A stretch of 64,000 bases of DNA from NCBI GenBank assembly GCA_964595645.1, contig CAZQQT010000004.1, positions 128,001-192,000 of the forward strand, read 5' to 3'. The position numbers were made by a program, and so were the translations under genes. This DNA is from an uncultured Thermococci archaeon. Lineage in GTDB: Archaea > Methanobacteriota_B > Thermococci > Methanofastidiosales > B48-G16. Shown piece after piece: positions 1 through 9,729 of this stretch (positions are counted from its first letter, which is position 1; every line of letters starts with the position of its first letter). Below the pieces are notes generated by a model, which did not search any database, had not been told where the DNA came from, and saw only the letters and a list, made by a program, of their open reading frames with translations.

Positions 1-101
1 TTTTATTTATTTGTGTGGTTAGTTGAAAATATTAAATGCAAGATGGACTAATAGTCGAAACTAATTTTCCAAGATACTCTCCAATTCTTCTCATGCGGTA
101 C

Positions 102-466
102 TTATCTCTCGTTAAACAAACTCAGTATATCTTCCTTTCCTTTTATCCTTGTACTGTCCTTGTTCTCAATATCTTCCAAAATCTTTATCATTTCCCTTTT
201 GTTTACTAGTTCTCTTTTGTTCATCAGTGATAGTACATCCTTCAAATCTAACACAGATATTCCCTTTTCCTCACAAAACTCAACGACTTTGGAATACTAA
301 ATATTTTGTTAGGAAAGGAGAAACCGATTTGTTTGGCCCGAAGAAGTTCCGTATACACGGATCCTGTAATGCAAAGATCGGATTTTGTGAATGTCTCCTT
401 AAGAAGCTGTATTTTTTCTATTTTAGAAAAAGTACTTGCAATATCACAATCTAGAAGAATAATCAT
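102..466 (-). pseudogene. PIN-domain toxin (DUF3368-like), internally deleted and frameshifted
   Basis: N-terminus MIILLDCDIASTF...VYTEL is PIN-like. Another frame continues KVVEFCEEKGISVLDLKDVLSLMNKRELVNKREMIKILEDIENKD to TAA at 102-104. Lies directly downstream of a UPF0175 gene. Confidence 0.6.
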
Positions 467-769
467 TCAATCCTCAATCACTCGCGATATTCTTTTCTCG
501 CTCTCTGTTTTTGAGCCCCCGCTTTCTATTTTAGCACCTCTACTCGAAAGAGCATCTTTAAATTCCTCGAGAGTCATTCCGGCAATTTCAGCAGCCTTCC
601 AGAGGCTAATTTCTTTGTTTTTGTAACGATAAAATGCAATTTCTATCTTTAGATGTGGTTTAGACTCGAGCAATGCCCTGATAGCATCATCCACAATTTC
701 CTCTTCTGATCGATAAATATTCCTTCTCAATAATGCATCGATCTCTTCTTTTTTAGTTTTCATAACCAT
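467..769 (-). CDS. UPF0175 family antitoxin
   Basis: YKNKEISLWKAAEIAGMTLEEFKDAL HTH motif; adjacent to a PIN gene. Confidence 0.8.
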   Translation of the reverse strand: MVMKTKKEEIDALLRRNIYRSEEEIVDDAIRALLESKPHLKIEIAFYRYKNKEISLWKAAEIAGMTLEEFKDALSSRGAKIESGGSKTESEKRISRVIED

Positions 770-870
770 CTACCCATTGTCTTCTTATCTGTCTTTTTAT
801 AATTTATACTTCATGTACTACCCAGTAAGCGACGCTAGCACCTTCTCAAGTTCTGTTCAGCCTGTAACAA

Positions 871-1152
871 TCATCTCTTTTTCTTTCTACAGTGGGTCCG
901 GGCCTCATAAAGTACTACCCGTCCCCCAAATACACGTTTGATGAATGGCCTGTATTTCATTTGTTCAATCTCCTCGGACGTGTACACGGATACACCCATC
1001 GCAAAAGCCGCATCTTTGTAGACTTCATCAAGGCGATCAAGAATTTTTTTGTCTGTGTTTTTTATTACAATGAGATCAATATCACTCAGATGTTTTACAC
1101 CCGTCCCTCATGCTAGAGAACCGAACAGTATCACCTTCTTTACTGCATCAAT
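871..1152 (-). pseudogene. Minimal nucleotidyltransferase (MNT) relic followed by a HEPN start remnant
   Basis: Manual translation KKVILFGSLA*GTGVKHLSDIDLIVIKNTDKKILDRLDEVY carries the GS..DxD motif with an in-frame TGA at 1108-1110. Confidence 0.65.
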
Positions 1153-1339
1153 TCATGAACAAAAATACAACTCAGGGGACTCTTACTCTATCTGTTTATG
1201 ATTGAAAAAATATTGGAAGGAAAAGAACTAAAAAGAGAGATTTTTTGGTGATTTATGCAATTGAACATGTTTATCATACCGCCCCACATTGTCCACCAAT
1301 AATGAAACCTTTTTATTCTCTCCTTCTATACCGATATTT

Positions 1340-1864
1340 ATGCAGTACGGTCTTGATAGGGTGAAAAGAGGAAAAAGAAAGGGGCTCTACTCGTGCGTGC
1401 TAATGAGTGACAAGATTTTCGAGATAATCCTCCCGGATCACCGTGAAAATATCGAGAAAAAGATAAAAAAAAGCTATACCCAATCGAAAAAGGCGGATAA
1501 CTTTGCACGGAGGGTGAACAGCTGGATACAGTATGGGCTGACATTTGAACATCCTTACGCGCTCCGAGGTACCTCCTTCGAAAAAAAAGTCTATAAAAAA
1601 GTGACGGAAATCCCTCCAGGGAAAGTAGCGTCGTACAAACAGGTGGCAGAATCACTCGGCTCGAGAGCCTACAGAGCCGTGGGGAACGCCATGAAGAAAA
1701 ATCCCATTCCGTTACTCGTGCCGTGCCACCGTGTGATAAATACGAACAGAGAACTCGGCGGCTACGGTGGAGGACTGGACCTCAAAAAAAGGATACTGTT
1801 CAAAGAAGGAGTAGAGGTGGAGAACGATAGAGTGCCTGGGCGATACTTCGTGGAAACACTATAA
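1340..1864 (+). CDS. ogt: Methylated-DNA--protein-cysteine methyltransferase
   Basis: IPPGKVASYKQVA, RAVGNAMKKNP and PCHRV active-site motifs; ATG at 1340 preferred over the upstream TTG. Confidence 0.93.
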   Translation: MQYGLDRVKRGKRKGLYSCVLMSDKIFEIILPDHRENIEKKIKKSYTQSKKADNFARRVNSWIQYGLTFEHPYALRGTSFEKKVYKKVTEIPPGKVASYKQVAESLGSRAYRAVGNAMKKNPIPLLVPCHRVINTNRELGGYGGGLDLKKRILFKEGVEVENDRVPGRYFVETL

Positions 1865-2017
1865 ATTCAAAGATTTCTCATGGTTGTTCGTCTTGAAAGG
1901 AGGAAGCTGTGATGGATATCAGAATCCATACTGACAAACTATTTATATCAAAAGAAAAAAAGTATACTGATGCAACTACAGAAGCGGTACAGAAAAGCGA
2001 TAGATAAGTTTGTGAGA
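1832..2017 (+). repeat. Direct repeat A copy 1 (ogt 3' end + intergenic + MNT start); diverged copy at 2679-2859
   Basis: gtgcctgggcg...tgaaaggaggaagctgtgatggata...tacagaaaagcgatagat is alignable in both copies. Confidence 0.9.
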
Positions 2018-2290
2018 AGAGCGAAAGAAGAGTACGGGGATAAAATAGAAAGAATCGTGTTGTTTGGGTCTGTTGCACGGGGAGAAGCACAAGAAGAGTC
2101 GGATATCGATCTGTTAGTGATCTGGAAAGGGGAGGAAGAAAAAGGCTGGGAGGCCATGTCAGGGCTCGCATTTGATGTACTGTTGGATACAAAAGAGTAT
2201 ATTTCAGTAAAGGTTTACATTCCTTCTGATCTCGAGAAAAAAACCCCATTTAAAGAGAATGTAATGAAAGAAGGGATAACACTTGTATAA
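1970..2290 (+). CDS. MNT antitoxin (nucleotidyltransferase)
   Basis: LFGSVARGEAQEESDIDLLV motif. Confidence 0.9.
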   Translation: MQLQKRYRKAIDKFVRRAKEEYGDKIERIVLFGSVARGEAQEESDIDLLVIWKGEEEKGWEAMSGLAFDVLLDTKEYISVKVYIPSDLEKKTPFKENVMKEGITLV

Positions 2291-2660
2291 AAAGTATATT
2301 GAACAAGCAGAAGAAAAGTTACATGCGGCTAAATATCTTTTAAAGGGGAAGTACTATAACGATGCTGTGAGCAGAGCATACTACTCAATGTTTTATGCAG
2401 CGAAGGCATTATTATCCACAAGGGATATATACCCGAAGGGGCATAAGGGAGTAGTAATAAAATTCGGATTGGAATTCGTAAAGAACGATTTCATAGAAAG
2501 TATGTACGGACGTGCACTATCTTATGCAAAGGATCGGAGAGAAGTCGCAGATTATGATACTGAAAAACACATACGCAAAGAAGAGGCAGAATCCATTGTA
2601 GAAAACGCAGAGAAATTCTTGGAGAGAATTAAAAGAGCGATAAAGGAAGTAGATTGCTGA
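2283..2660 (+). CDS. HEPN domain protein (UPF0332-type)
   Basis: AVSRAYYSMFYAAKALL...HKG...RREVADY; overlaps the MNT gene. Confidence 0.88.
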   Translation: MYKKYIEQAEEKLHAAKYLLKGKYYNDAVSRAYYSMFYAAKALLSTRDIYPKGHKGVVIKFGLEFVKNDFIESMYGRALSYAKDRREVADYDTEKHIRKEEAESIVENAEKFLERIKRAIKEVDC

Positions 2661-2703
2661 AAAGTAGAGTACAAGAATGTGCCTGGGCGGTACTTTGTGG
2701 AAA
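2577..2703 (+). repeat. Direct repeat B copy 1 (HEPN 3' end + ogt-end motif); copy at 3897-4023
   Basis: 127 bp with 3 mismatches by eye. Confidence 0.92.
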
Positions 2704-2859
2704 CACTATAACCTCAAAGAGTTCTCGATGAGTTTCGTCTTGAAAGGAGGAAGCTGTGATGGATACCAGAATCCATACTGAAGAATTATGTATATCAAAA
2801 AAAATATACTAATGCAACTACAGGGACGGTACAGAAAAGCGATAGATGAGTTTGTGAGA
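2679..2859 (+). repeat. Direct repeat A copy 2
   Basis: Diverged copy of 1832-2017. Confidence 0.88.
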
Positions 2860-2924
2860 CTGTGTATGATCGGAGGACTATCTTCTAATCTTTCTGTTTC
2901 AGTTAGCGATGGTGTCTCCGATCT

Positions 2925-3350
2925 TTAGCTCTTTGATGATAAAAATTTTAAAATGTGTGAAACATACTCTTCGATATCACATAAATCTTCATTCATCACA
3001 ATGAAAATCCGTTTCAAGTCAAGGTTCCCGTATCTGTGTACGAGGAGATTTCTGAATTTTGCCATTTCCTGCAGTGTTCCTGAAAGGCGTGGTTCAATTA
3101 CTCCCTGCTCTTCAAGGATCTTAAAAATATCCTTGTAGTCCTCAGCTCTCCTCCAGCCTTTTTCCGCGATGATATGGTTGCCAATATCCAAACACGCTTC
3201 AATTGCTTCTTGTAGACTATGCTTGGCAGCTTGAATATCCCGATAGTTCTTGGAAAATGACTCAAATTCCTCCCTGGAGAGTTTTCTTAGAAGTGTGAGA
3301 TTTTCCTCTACAATATCAATTTTAGCGTGAATAATCTCTTCGCTTATCAT
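2925..3350 (-). CDS. hepT: HepT-like RNase toxin (DUF86 HEPN)
   Basis: FRNLLVHRY (RNxxxHxY) motif. Confidence 0.9.
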   Translation of the reverse strand: MISEEIIHAKIDIVEENLTLLRKLSREEFESFSKNYRDIQAAKHSLQEAIEACLDIGNHIIAEKGWRRAEDYKDIFKILEEQGVIEPRLSGTLQEMAKFRNLLVHRYGNLDLKRIFIVMNEDLCDIEEYVSHILKFLSSKS

Positions 3351-3790
3351 ATTCCCAAACGCTCCATTCTTGCCTTATTGTATCGATGTATGTACGGTTT
3401 AAAATCCATGTATCGGCTGATAGAATAAGCTTCAAAAGTAATACGCGCCCTCTCATTCTTTGAGTGAATAAGGGTTCCAGAGATGAGGACTTGATGTCTA
3501 AACCGTACGGGAGATCCATTGAGGATACGGAGGTCTACTGAGATTGTACTGTCCAGCGATTTTTCAATTTGTAGCGCAAGCCGTGAAGAATAGAGGGGAT
3601 CTCTTTCTGGTTCGTTATCCAAATAGACTGCAATATCCATGTCACTTCTTTCGGTCTGCGTACCCCTCGCATAGGATCCAAAAAGGTAGGCAAAAAGTAC
3701 GTGGGGCTCGTTTTCAAGGACACGAGCGATCTTTTCTCTTATTTTCTCTTTTTGATCTTTTCTGAGCGTATACGGTTTCATTGTCGTCAT
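3347..3790 (-). CDS. mntA: MntA-like nucleotidyltransferase antitoxin (type VII TA)
   Basis: AYLFGSYARGTQTERSDMDIAV motif; coupled to the DUF86 gene. Confidence 0.9.
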   Translation of the reverse strand: MTTMKPYTLRKDQKEKIREKIARVLENEPHVLFAYLFGSYARGTQTERSDMDIAVYLDNEPERDPLYSSRLALQIEKSLDSTISVDLRILNGSPVRFRHQVLISGTLIHSKNERARITFEAYSISRYMDFKPYIHRYNKARMERLGI

Positions 3791-3896
3791 TGATTTGTAT
3801 TTACTTCACATTTTATAAGCTTTTTGTAGTGTGTTTCCGGAGCTATATACCTGTTGCCATGATTGCTATACCTTCAGTGTACCTCCCGGATCATCG

Positions 3897-4023
3897 AAAG
3901 AAGAGGCAGAATCCATTGTAGAAAACGCAGAGAGATTCTTGGAGAGAATTAAAAGAGCGATAAAGGAAGTAGATTGCTGAAAAATAGAGTACGAGAATGT
4001 GCCTGGGCGGTACTTTGTGGAAA
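3897..4023 (+). repeat. Direct repeat B copy 2
   Basis: Near-identical to 2577-2703. Confidence 0.92.
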
Positions 4024-4033
4024 GGCTGTACTG

Positions 4034-4711
4034 TCACAGACACACCACACGGAGATGGGTGTATCGATCGATGTACCGAAGCGTATTGGATTTTCTCCCG
4101 AGCGCGACATCTATTACTAAAGGGAGGATAAAGGCTTTGGGGAAGTTCCGAATGGCCGCTTTTTGAATGGTTATCGCCCCAATAACTTGAATATTGAGCA
4201 GTAGATTTCCGAGGGTCTGTCCTCCTTCATTCTCAAAGATGGTGAGGTATATCCAGACCACGATCAGCGTTGCGAGGATGTACATAGGAGTAATCACGAA
4301 CTGCCGAGGGAGATCCACTGAATAATCAAAGAGAATGGGAACGGGTAAGAGATTCACGATGAGACTGACGATGCCCACCGTGAAAAGATCGATGAGATAA
4401 GCCGCTGTCCGTCAGGTGGCAGAGGTCTCCTCGATACGCTTTGGGACTTGCTGGAGAATTGAAAACGCTCGCAGTCCTCGCTCGGTAAGTGTGTAGCGCC
4501 CTTCTTCATCCTTCGTCACTAATTTCTCCAATTTCGTGAGATGAAAGGTGAGGTTTCCCGTCTCAATCGCCAGCGCTTCTAAAATCTCTGTATACCGCAT
4601 CCGCTTGTGTGCGAGCATTTCAATGATTTTCCGTCTAGTGGGATGGTTCAGTGCCGAAAACATGGATGATCGTGGATTTATAGAGAATGAAAAGTATGAG
4701 AATGTACGCAC
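4034..4711 (-). pseudogene. ArsR-like winged HTH fused to an RDD domain, split by an in-frame TGA
   Basis: FSALNHPTRRKIIEML...LTFHLTKL (wHTH). TGA at 4412-4414 reads through to RTAAYLIDLF...GGQTLGNLLLNIQV (RDD motifs). Confidence 0.7.
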
Positions 4712-5465
4712 AGATGAGTCCTATCCTCAGGAGGAGTAACAACCGAAGGTACCCGGAATAGCGGGTAAGTTCACGGAGGAACCACACCCCCTCAACAATC
4801 AGACTAGCTGATAGAGCAACCATGCACCCGGCATACGCCCACTGGTTGTTCATGTGTGTAGCTACAGCAGTAATCAAGAGCACCGCGTACACCATAGCCG
4901 TGATGATACTAAAATACGGTTCATATTCATACAGATCGAGAATCTCCCACGTGGAGTACATCTCGCTGAGCGTATCAATGACCCGTATTATGGAGAAGAC
5001 TGCTAGTAAAGGGAAGATCACTGCTACGGCCCGCCGATAGTTTCTGAACATAGCGGAAATCTCGCGCTGCGTATGCCGGTACAATACGTACAACGAGATA
5101 CCTCGCAACGGGAGCATGAAGAGTGAGGGTATCAGTATGCCATAGAGAGACGTATGTCGTGAGGTGGCACCCAAGAGGTAATCGATAACCACAGTGCTAA
5201 AGCCGAACGCATTCATGAAACAGGTGTAGCCTAAAAAGATCATGACCCCGTAGGATGCCCAGTCAGTTCCGCGATACCCAAGAATAACGAGGCTGAGCAT
5301 CGCTACATCGACGAGAATATGGTGGATCCGCCACGCATCGAAGATGTGTGCCACATCGGCGGGAACACCGATACCCAGCAGGTACAGGAGATGCTCCATC
5401 ATACTCACAATGAAGAAGATTCCCCAGAGAACGTACACAATTTTTGCTTCGGTCTCGTACTCCAT
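4635..5465 (-). CDS. Multi-pass membrane protein (possibly the frameshifted N-terminus of the HTH-RDD gene)
   Basis: About 8 hydrophobic segments; overlaps the HTH ORF by 77 nt. Confidence 0.6.
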   Translation of the reverse strand: MEYETEAKIVYVLWGIFFIVSMMEHLLYLLGIGVPADVAHIFDAWRIHHILVDVAMLSLVILGYRGTDWASYGVMIFLGYTCFMNAFGFSTVVIDYLLGATSRHTSLYGILIPSLFMLPLRGISLYVLYRHTQREISAMFRNYRRAVAVIFPLLAVFSIIRVIDTLSEMYSTWEILDLYEYEPYFSIITAMVYAVLLITAVATHMNNQWAYAGCMVALSASLIVEGVWFLRELTRYSGYLRLLLLLRIGLICAYILILFILYKSTIIHVFGTEPSH

Positions 5466-5690
5466 GTAACTACTCAGATTTTTGTATATTTAACATTTTT
5501 TGAAAAGAAATCTTGTCATAAAGATGTTATCTAAACACAGAGAAAAATCGTACACCATTTCGAGAATATGGGGGTCCGTTGTCCTCTATGTAGAACTTAG
5601 TTGGTTTTTCATAGGGCCAGATCCTCAATTGTTTGAAGACATAACAATTTACGTCATTCATAGAATGAATGAGATTGTGGAATACAAGAA

Positions 5691-6422
5691 TCACTCGGGA
5701 AGCATGGCGTTTAACTCTTCAAGATGGTGAGACACTTCCGGAGCTTCTTTTTTCGTGTGGGTCTCCAGAATGGAACAGCAGTACCTCAGTTTCTTCAGGG
5801 CTTCCTCCCGCTCGGCATCAAGCATGATCTCACGATGGGTGGTGGAAATCTCCTGAAAAATATCGATAAAGTTTTTACATGCTCTGTAGCTCCCGGGGAG
5901 GTTCTCTGAAACTCGTTCTTCAATGTTCTTATGGAACTGCGTAAGGTACGTCATGAACTCCTTCCATCCGTTTCGCCAGCTCCGTAACTCACTGAGAGGT
6001 TCGGTGGAGGTCCTCACGATCATGGTATAGGGGGTGCGGTGATCAGGATCTGTAGAGCCTAAAAAGAGCGTGATCTGTTCCTCCCTCACGCTGGTGATCT
6101 CACTTACACCGATGTATCCCGTAACCTCCACGGTTTGGGTTGGATCTAAGAAGAAATCAATTCCGGAAAAATGGATAATCCAGCCGGGAGGGATTGTGTC
6201 ATCGTCTACGAGGATATGAAGCTCGTGGGTGTAGGATGATCTGTTCGTGATAGTAAAGGTGAACTCGGCTGCTCTATCAGCGGTGACAAAAACGATGTCT
6301 GGCATATTGAGTACGATATCCGCCAGCCGATGTCTATCCTTTAGGTAGAATGTGAGTGTACTTGCGATGACGAGAAAAATAAGAGTGAAAAAACTAGATA
6401 GTAATTCCAAAGAAATCGCCAT
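5691..6422 (-). CDS. Membrane-anchored hypothetical protein with an Ig-like segment
   Basis: N-terminal TM; FTFTITNRS...PPGW...LDPTQTVEV pattern. Confidence 0.6.
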   Translation of the reverse strand: MAISLELLSSFFTLIFLVIASTLTFYLKDRHRLADIVLNMPDIVFVTADRAAEFTFTITNRSSYTHELHILVDDDTIPPGWIIHFSGIDFFLDPTQTVEVTGYIGVSEITSVREEQITLFLGSTDPDHRTPYTMIVRTSTEPLSELRSWRNGWKEFMTYLTQFHKNIEERVSENLPGSYRACKNFIDIFQEISTTHREIMLDAEREEALKKLRYCCSILETHTKKEAPEVSHHLEELNAMLPE

Positions 6423-6435
6423 GAACGCCCTCTAC

Positions 6436-6648
6436 TCAGAGTATCTGTGAAATCTTAAACGCTACGGATGCAAAAAACACAATAATTAATGGGACAGTGA
6501 TCGGCGCGAAAATGTGCTTTATTTCCTCTTTTGTTTTACTCGTCTCAATCAGTTCGTTCATTATCAAGTATGTGATCAAAAGGATTGCTGCCAGTGCAGA
6601 CCCACTCCCAACCATTAACATACTTGACAGTAACATGCTCGACATCAT
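6436..6648 (-). CDS. Small two-TM protein typical of archaeal glycan loci
   Basis: LLITYLIMNELIE...PLIIVFFASVAFKISQIL. Confidence 0.6.
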   Translation of the reverse strand: MMSSMLLSSMLMVGSGSALAAILLITYLIMNELIETSKTKEEIKHIFAPITVPLIIVFFASVAFKISQIL

Positions 6649-6784
6649 TTTATGCACCTTAATAATAATAGGAGTGTCTCCTTTATAAATCTTTCGGCAA
6701 AAATGCATTTGCAGAAAAAAAATGATATGCTCATATCTGCTAAGAACGCAAAAGTGTTTTAAACAGACAATAAGAGTAGTTGCT

Positions 6785-7549
6785 ATGAGAAGTGAGAAGA
6801 TCAGCTTGATCCTGATTGCACTGGTCCTCGTGGTGTCAGAGATTTCCTACACAGAGCTAAATCTCTCATTTGGACTGTACTGTTATGGGATCGCAGTTGC
6901 CGGGATAATCATCTCACTTATATTCACCAGCCAGAGCAGAGAAGTGGACCAGCTGCTCTACGGGCTCATGATTCTCCCAGTAATTCGTTTCGTGGGATCC
7001 TGTATGCCCGTACGTGAACTAGAGCCCTTACTTCGGGTGCCCATCGTCTATCTCGTCTTTTTTCTCTCCGTCCTTATCGTGTTCTACTACTCGGATCTTG
7101 ACTCGTACCGTCTCGGCATTCGGAAGGAGAAGCTCTATTTACTTCCTTTCGCCCTGCTCTTAGGTGCGGGATTGGGGCTCATTGAGTACCATATTCTACA
7201 ACCTGAGAAGCTCGTCCCTGCGTTAACAGTGGAGAGTATCATGGTAGGTGTGGTCAACATCAGTATCGTCACAGGATTTATCGAAGAGTTCATGTTTCGA
7301 GGGCTGATACAGAACTTCTCCAAACATATATTCTCCAAATGGTACATTCTCTACACAAATCTGATATTTGCTTCAATGCACCTTGTCTGGGGAAATATCA
7401 TAGAGATTGCGTTTGTTTTTCTTGTAGGGATACTGTTTAGCGTGATCTACCTGAAAACACAGAACTTGATCGTGGTGAGCGGGATCCACGCGTCGATCAA
7501 CTTCTTTCTCTACATTGTCTATCCAGTTTTTACCCCCCTCCTATTCTAG
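6785..7549 (+). CDS. CPBP (CAAX/Abi) intramembrane metalloprotease
   Basis: GFIEEFMFRG, FASMH and HASIN motifs. Confidence 0.9.
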   Translation: MRSEKISLILIALVLVVSEISYTELNLSFGLYCYGIAVAGIIISLIFTSQSREVDQLLYGLMILPVIRFVGSCMPVRELEPLLRVPIVYLVFFLSVLIVFYYSDLDSYRLGIRKEKLYLLPFALLLGAGLGLIEYHILQPEKLVPALTVESIMVGVVNISIVTGFIEEFMFRGLIQNFSKHIFSKWYILYTNLIFASMHLVWGNIIEIAFVFLVGILFSVIYLKTQNLIVVSGIHASINFFLYIVYPVFTPLLF

Positions 7550-7553
7550 AACA

Positions 7554-9011
7554 TTACTTCTTTTTCTGGAGATACACCACAAGAAGAATGAACGCACCGG
7601 CGAAAACAATACCGAGGTATATGAGTGGGTCGACACCACGTGCAGACGGTGCTGACGGCGTAGAGGGTGGAACTGTCGTGCTCGGGGGCTGGGTTGTTGT
7701 GGGCTGCGAGGTAGGTGGTATCTTTTTCGCAAGTGTAACGGAGATCTCCTTCCGTTCGCCCGGTGAGAGGGAAATTTCCTGTGTGTACGGTTCGTAGCCC
7801 TCTTTCTCTACCCGTACGGTATACGTTCCCTTTTCCAGTTCTAGATCCACCGGTGTCTCTCCCTTTTTTTCATCGTTGATATAGACTAAAGCAGTTGGAT
7901 CCGATGTGAGTGAGAGTGTTGCCCGTTGCTCTTCGAAACAGTAGAGTTTTCCATCGTACGATCCAACGTAAAGGTTGTCATTAGCGATAGCGGGAGAAGA
8001 ATGAACTTCATCGCCTGTTTCGTACTGCCATAGAAGGTTTCCTGTCTCCGCATCCAATGCGTAAAGAGAGGCGTCCCACGAACCGACGTAGACCTTTCCA
8101 TCGACAACGGCAGGTGACGAGGTCACCTCACCGTTCGTCGTGTGCTGCCACACGAGAGTGCCGTCCCTCATGGTGAGGCAGTAGAGGGATCCATCGCGGG
8201 ACCCGATATAGATATGTTTGTTGTAGATCGCGGGGGAGGATCCGATGGGACCGTCTGTCTCATGCTGCCACACCAGCGCACCCGTCGCGGCATCGAAACA
8301 GTAGACATTGTGGTCATAGGATCCTACGTAGACCACACCCTCTGCGACAGCAGGGGTGGAGCCGATCCAGTCATCCGTGGTGTAGTACCAGAGCCGTTCA
8401 CCGGTGTCAGCATCGAAACAGTACATATTCCTATCGTAGGATCCGACGTACACCTTTCCATCGGCAAATGCCGGTGAGGATCCCACGTAGCTTCCCGTCT
8501 CGTACTCCCAGAGAAGCGTTCCATTGTCTGCGTCGAGACAGTAAAGAGAGTGATCGTACGATCCCACGTACAATTTTCCATCGACGATAAGTGGAGACGA
8601 TCCAATGTTCCCGTTCGTTTTGTACTGCCATAGAAGTTTTCTTGTGTCGGCATTGAGGCAGTAGAGATAGTTGTCCCGGGATCCAATGTACACCTTCTCC
8701 TTGTGTACGGCGGGAGAGGATCCTATCCACGACCCCGTCTCGTACTGCCACAGCAGCTCGCCACTCTCCGCGTCGAGACAGTAGACACTGTGATCCACCG
8801 ATCCCACATACACACGGTTATTAACCACGGCGGGAGAGGAAAAAATGGAGTCCTCCGTATGGTAGCTCCACGCGAGCTCCATGTGATCAGGAAGCTCTCC
8901 GGAAGTACATCCAGTACGGTGCGAATCGTGGCGAAACAGCGACCAGTCCGCACCGACGGGAAGAACAGCGAGGAACCATACCAAGATCATAGCAAGAAGG
9001 ATTCGTTTCAT
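7554..9011 (-). CDS. PQQ-like beta-propeller repeat surface protein with PEGA domain and C-terminal TM anchor
   Basis: Signal peptide; ~8 repeats of SSPAVxDGKVYVGSxDxxLYCLDAxTGxLLW; PEGA (LSLTSDPTALVYIN...GETP...GTYTVRVEKEGY); P/T linker; TM + KKK. Confidence 0.9.
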   Translation of the reverse strand: MKRILLAMILVWFLAVLPVGADWSLFRHDSHRTGCTSGELPDHMELAWSYHTEDSIFSSPAVVNNRVYVGSVDHSVYCLDAESGELLWQYETGSWIGSSPAVHKEKVYIGSRDNYLYCLNADTRKLLWQYKTNGNIGSSPLIVDGKLYVGSYDHSLYCLDADNGTLLWEYETGSYVGSSPAFADGKVYVGSYDRNMYCFDADTGERLWYYTTDDWIGSTPAVAEGVVYVGSYDHNVYCFDAATGALVWQHETDGPIGSSPAIYNKHIYIGSRDGSLYCLTMRDGTLVWQHTTNGEVTSSPAVVDGKVYVGSWDASLYALDAETGNLLWQYETGDEVHSSPAIANDNLYVGSYDGKLYCFEEQRATLSLTSDPTALVYINDEKKGETPVDLELEKGTYTVRVEKEGYEPYTQEISLSPGERKEISVTLAKKIPPTSQPTTTQPPSTTVPPSTPSAPSARGVDPLIYLGIVFAGAFILLVVYLQKKK

Positions 9012-9051
9012 GCGTTCCCATGATTCCTCACGTATTTAAAGGTTACCGCTG

Positions 9052-9579
9052 TCACATCGCCTGCTCGATGAACGCAATGAGACGATCAATGATACTTCCG
9101 AGTCCCATCTCCTCCAGCGTGGTGTTGATGGTGAGTGTTGTCTGGAGGGGCACGATAATATCCTTCTTAAAGGTGAGCTCCTTATGGAGGGGAACGTCTA
9201 CCTCCACGGTATCCTTCACGGGGACGGTGACCCGGGTATCGATGGGCACGACGATCCGCTGTCGTTTCCCGTTGAGTACGATGGTCGTCGCTACCTCGTC
9301 AACGATCCGTACTTCGGTGGTGGTGTCCACCGGAACCTCCACGGTCACCGTCTCATCGAATGCCGTGGAGAATTCCACGGGAACAACTTTCTCCTCGTCG
9401 ATGTTGTAGGTAAACGAGATCGGCTCATCCTTGAGATCCTCCAGTTCTTGGGAGAGGTGCGCCATTCCCGTGGAGATATCCTGTTTCGTGGAGTACAACG
9501 TGTAGATCAACGCAGCGTTTATCGTTAACGAAAGAATCACGCCGATGGTGAGTGCGTAGAGAACTTTTTCTGAGTTCAT
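9052..9579 (-). CDS. Membrane-anchored hypothetical protein with V/P/T-rich beta repeats
   Basis: N-terminal TM; repeated VxVP motifs. Confidence 0.6.
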   Translation of the reverse strand: MNSEKVLYALTIGVILSLTINAALIYTLYSTKQDISTGMAHLSQELEDLKDEPISFTYNIDEEKVVPVEFSTAFDETVTVEVPVDTTTEVRIVDEVATTIVLNGKRQRIVVPIDTRVTVPVKDTVEVDVPLHKELTFKKDIIVPLQTTLTINTTLEEMGLGSIIDRLIAFIEQAM

Positions 9580-9650
9580 GTTAATATGCATATAGCTATT
9601 ATTTGATGTTCTCACTTAAATCTTGTGGAAAAAAGAAATAATTGGTATGT

Positions 9651-9698
9651 GTGTTATCCATAGTTAATAACACTTTTGTTAATTTGTTGGGAACAAAA
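9651..9698. promoter_or_regulatory. Inverted repeats upstream of AbiEi (putative operator)
   Basis: gtgttat-N9-ataacac and ttttgtt-N11-aacaaaa, followed by the TATA-like tttatata. Confidence 0.5.
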
Positions 9699-9729
9699 CA
9701 TTTATATACTGGAAATACGAAAAGAAATA

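Noticed and set aside
7900-8900. Regularly spaced repeats here and at 48100-49060 resembling a CRISPR array or DGR template/variable repeats
   Set aside because: They are in-frame ~120-nt beta-propeller blades. There are no cas or reverse transcriptase genes, and no adenine-specific mismatch pattern was noticed.
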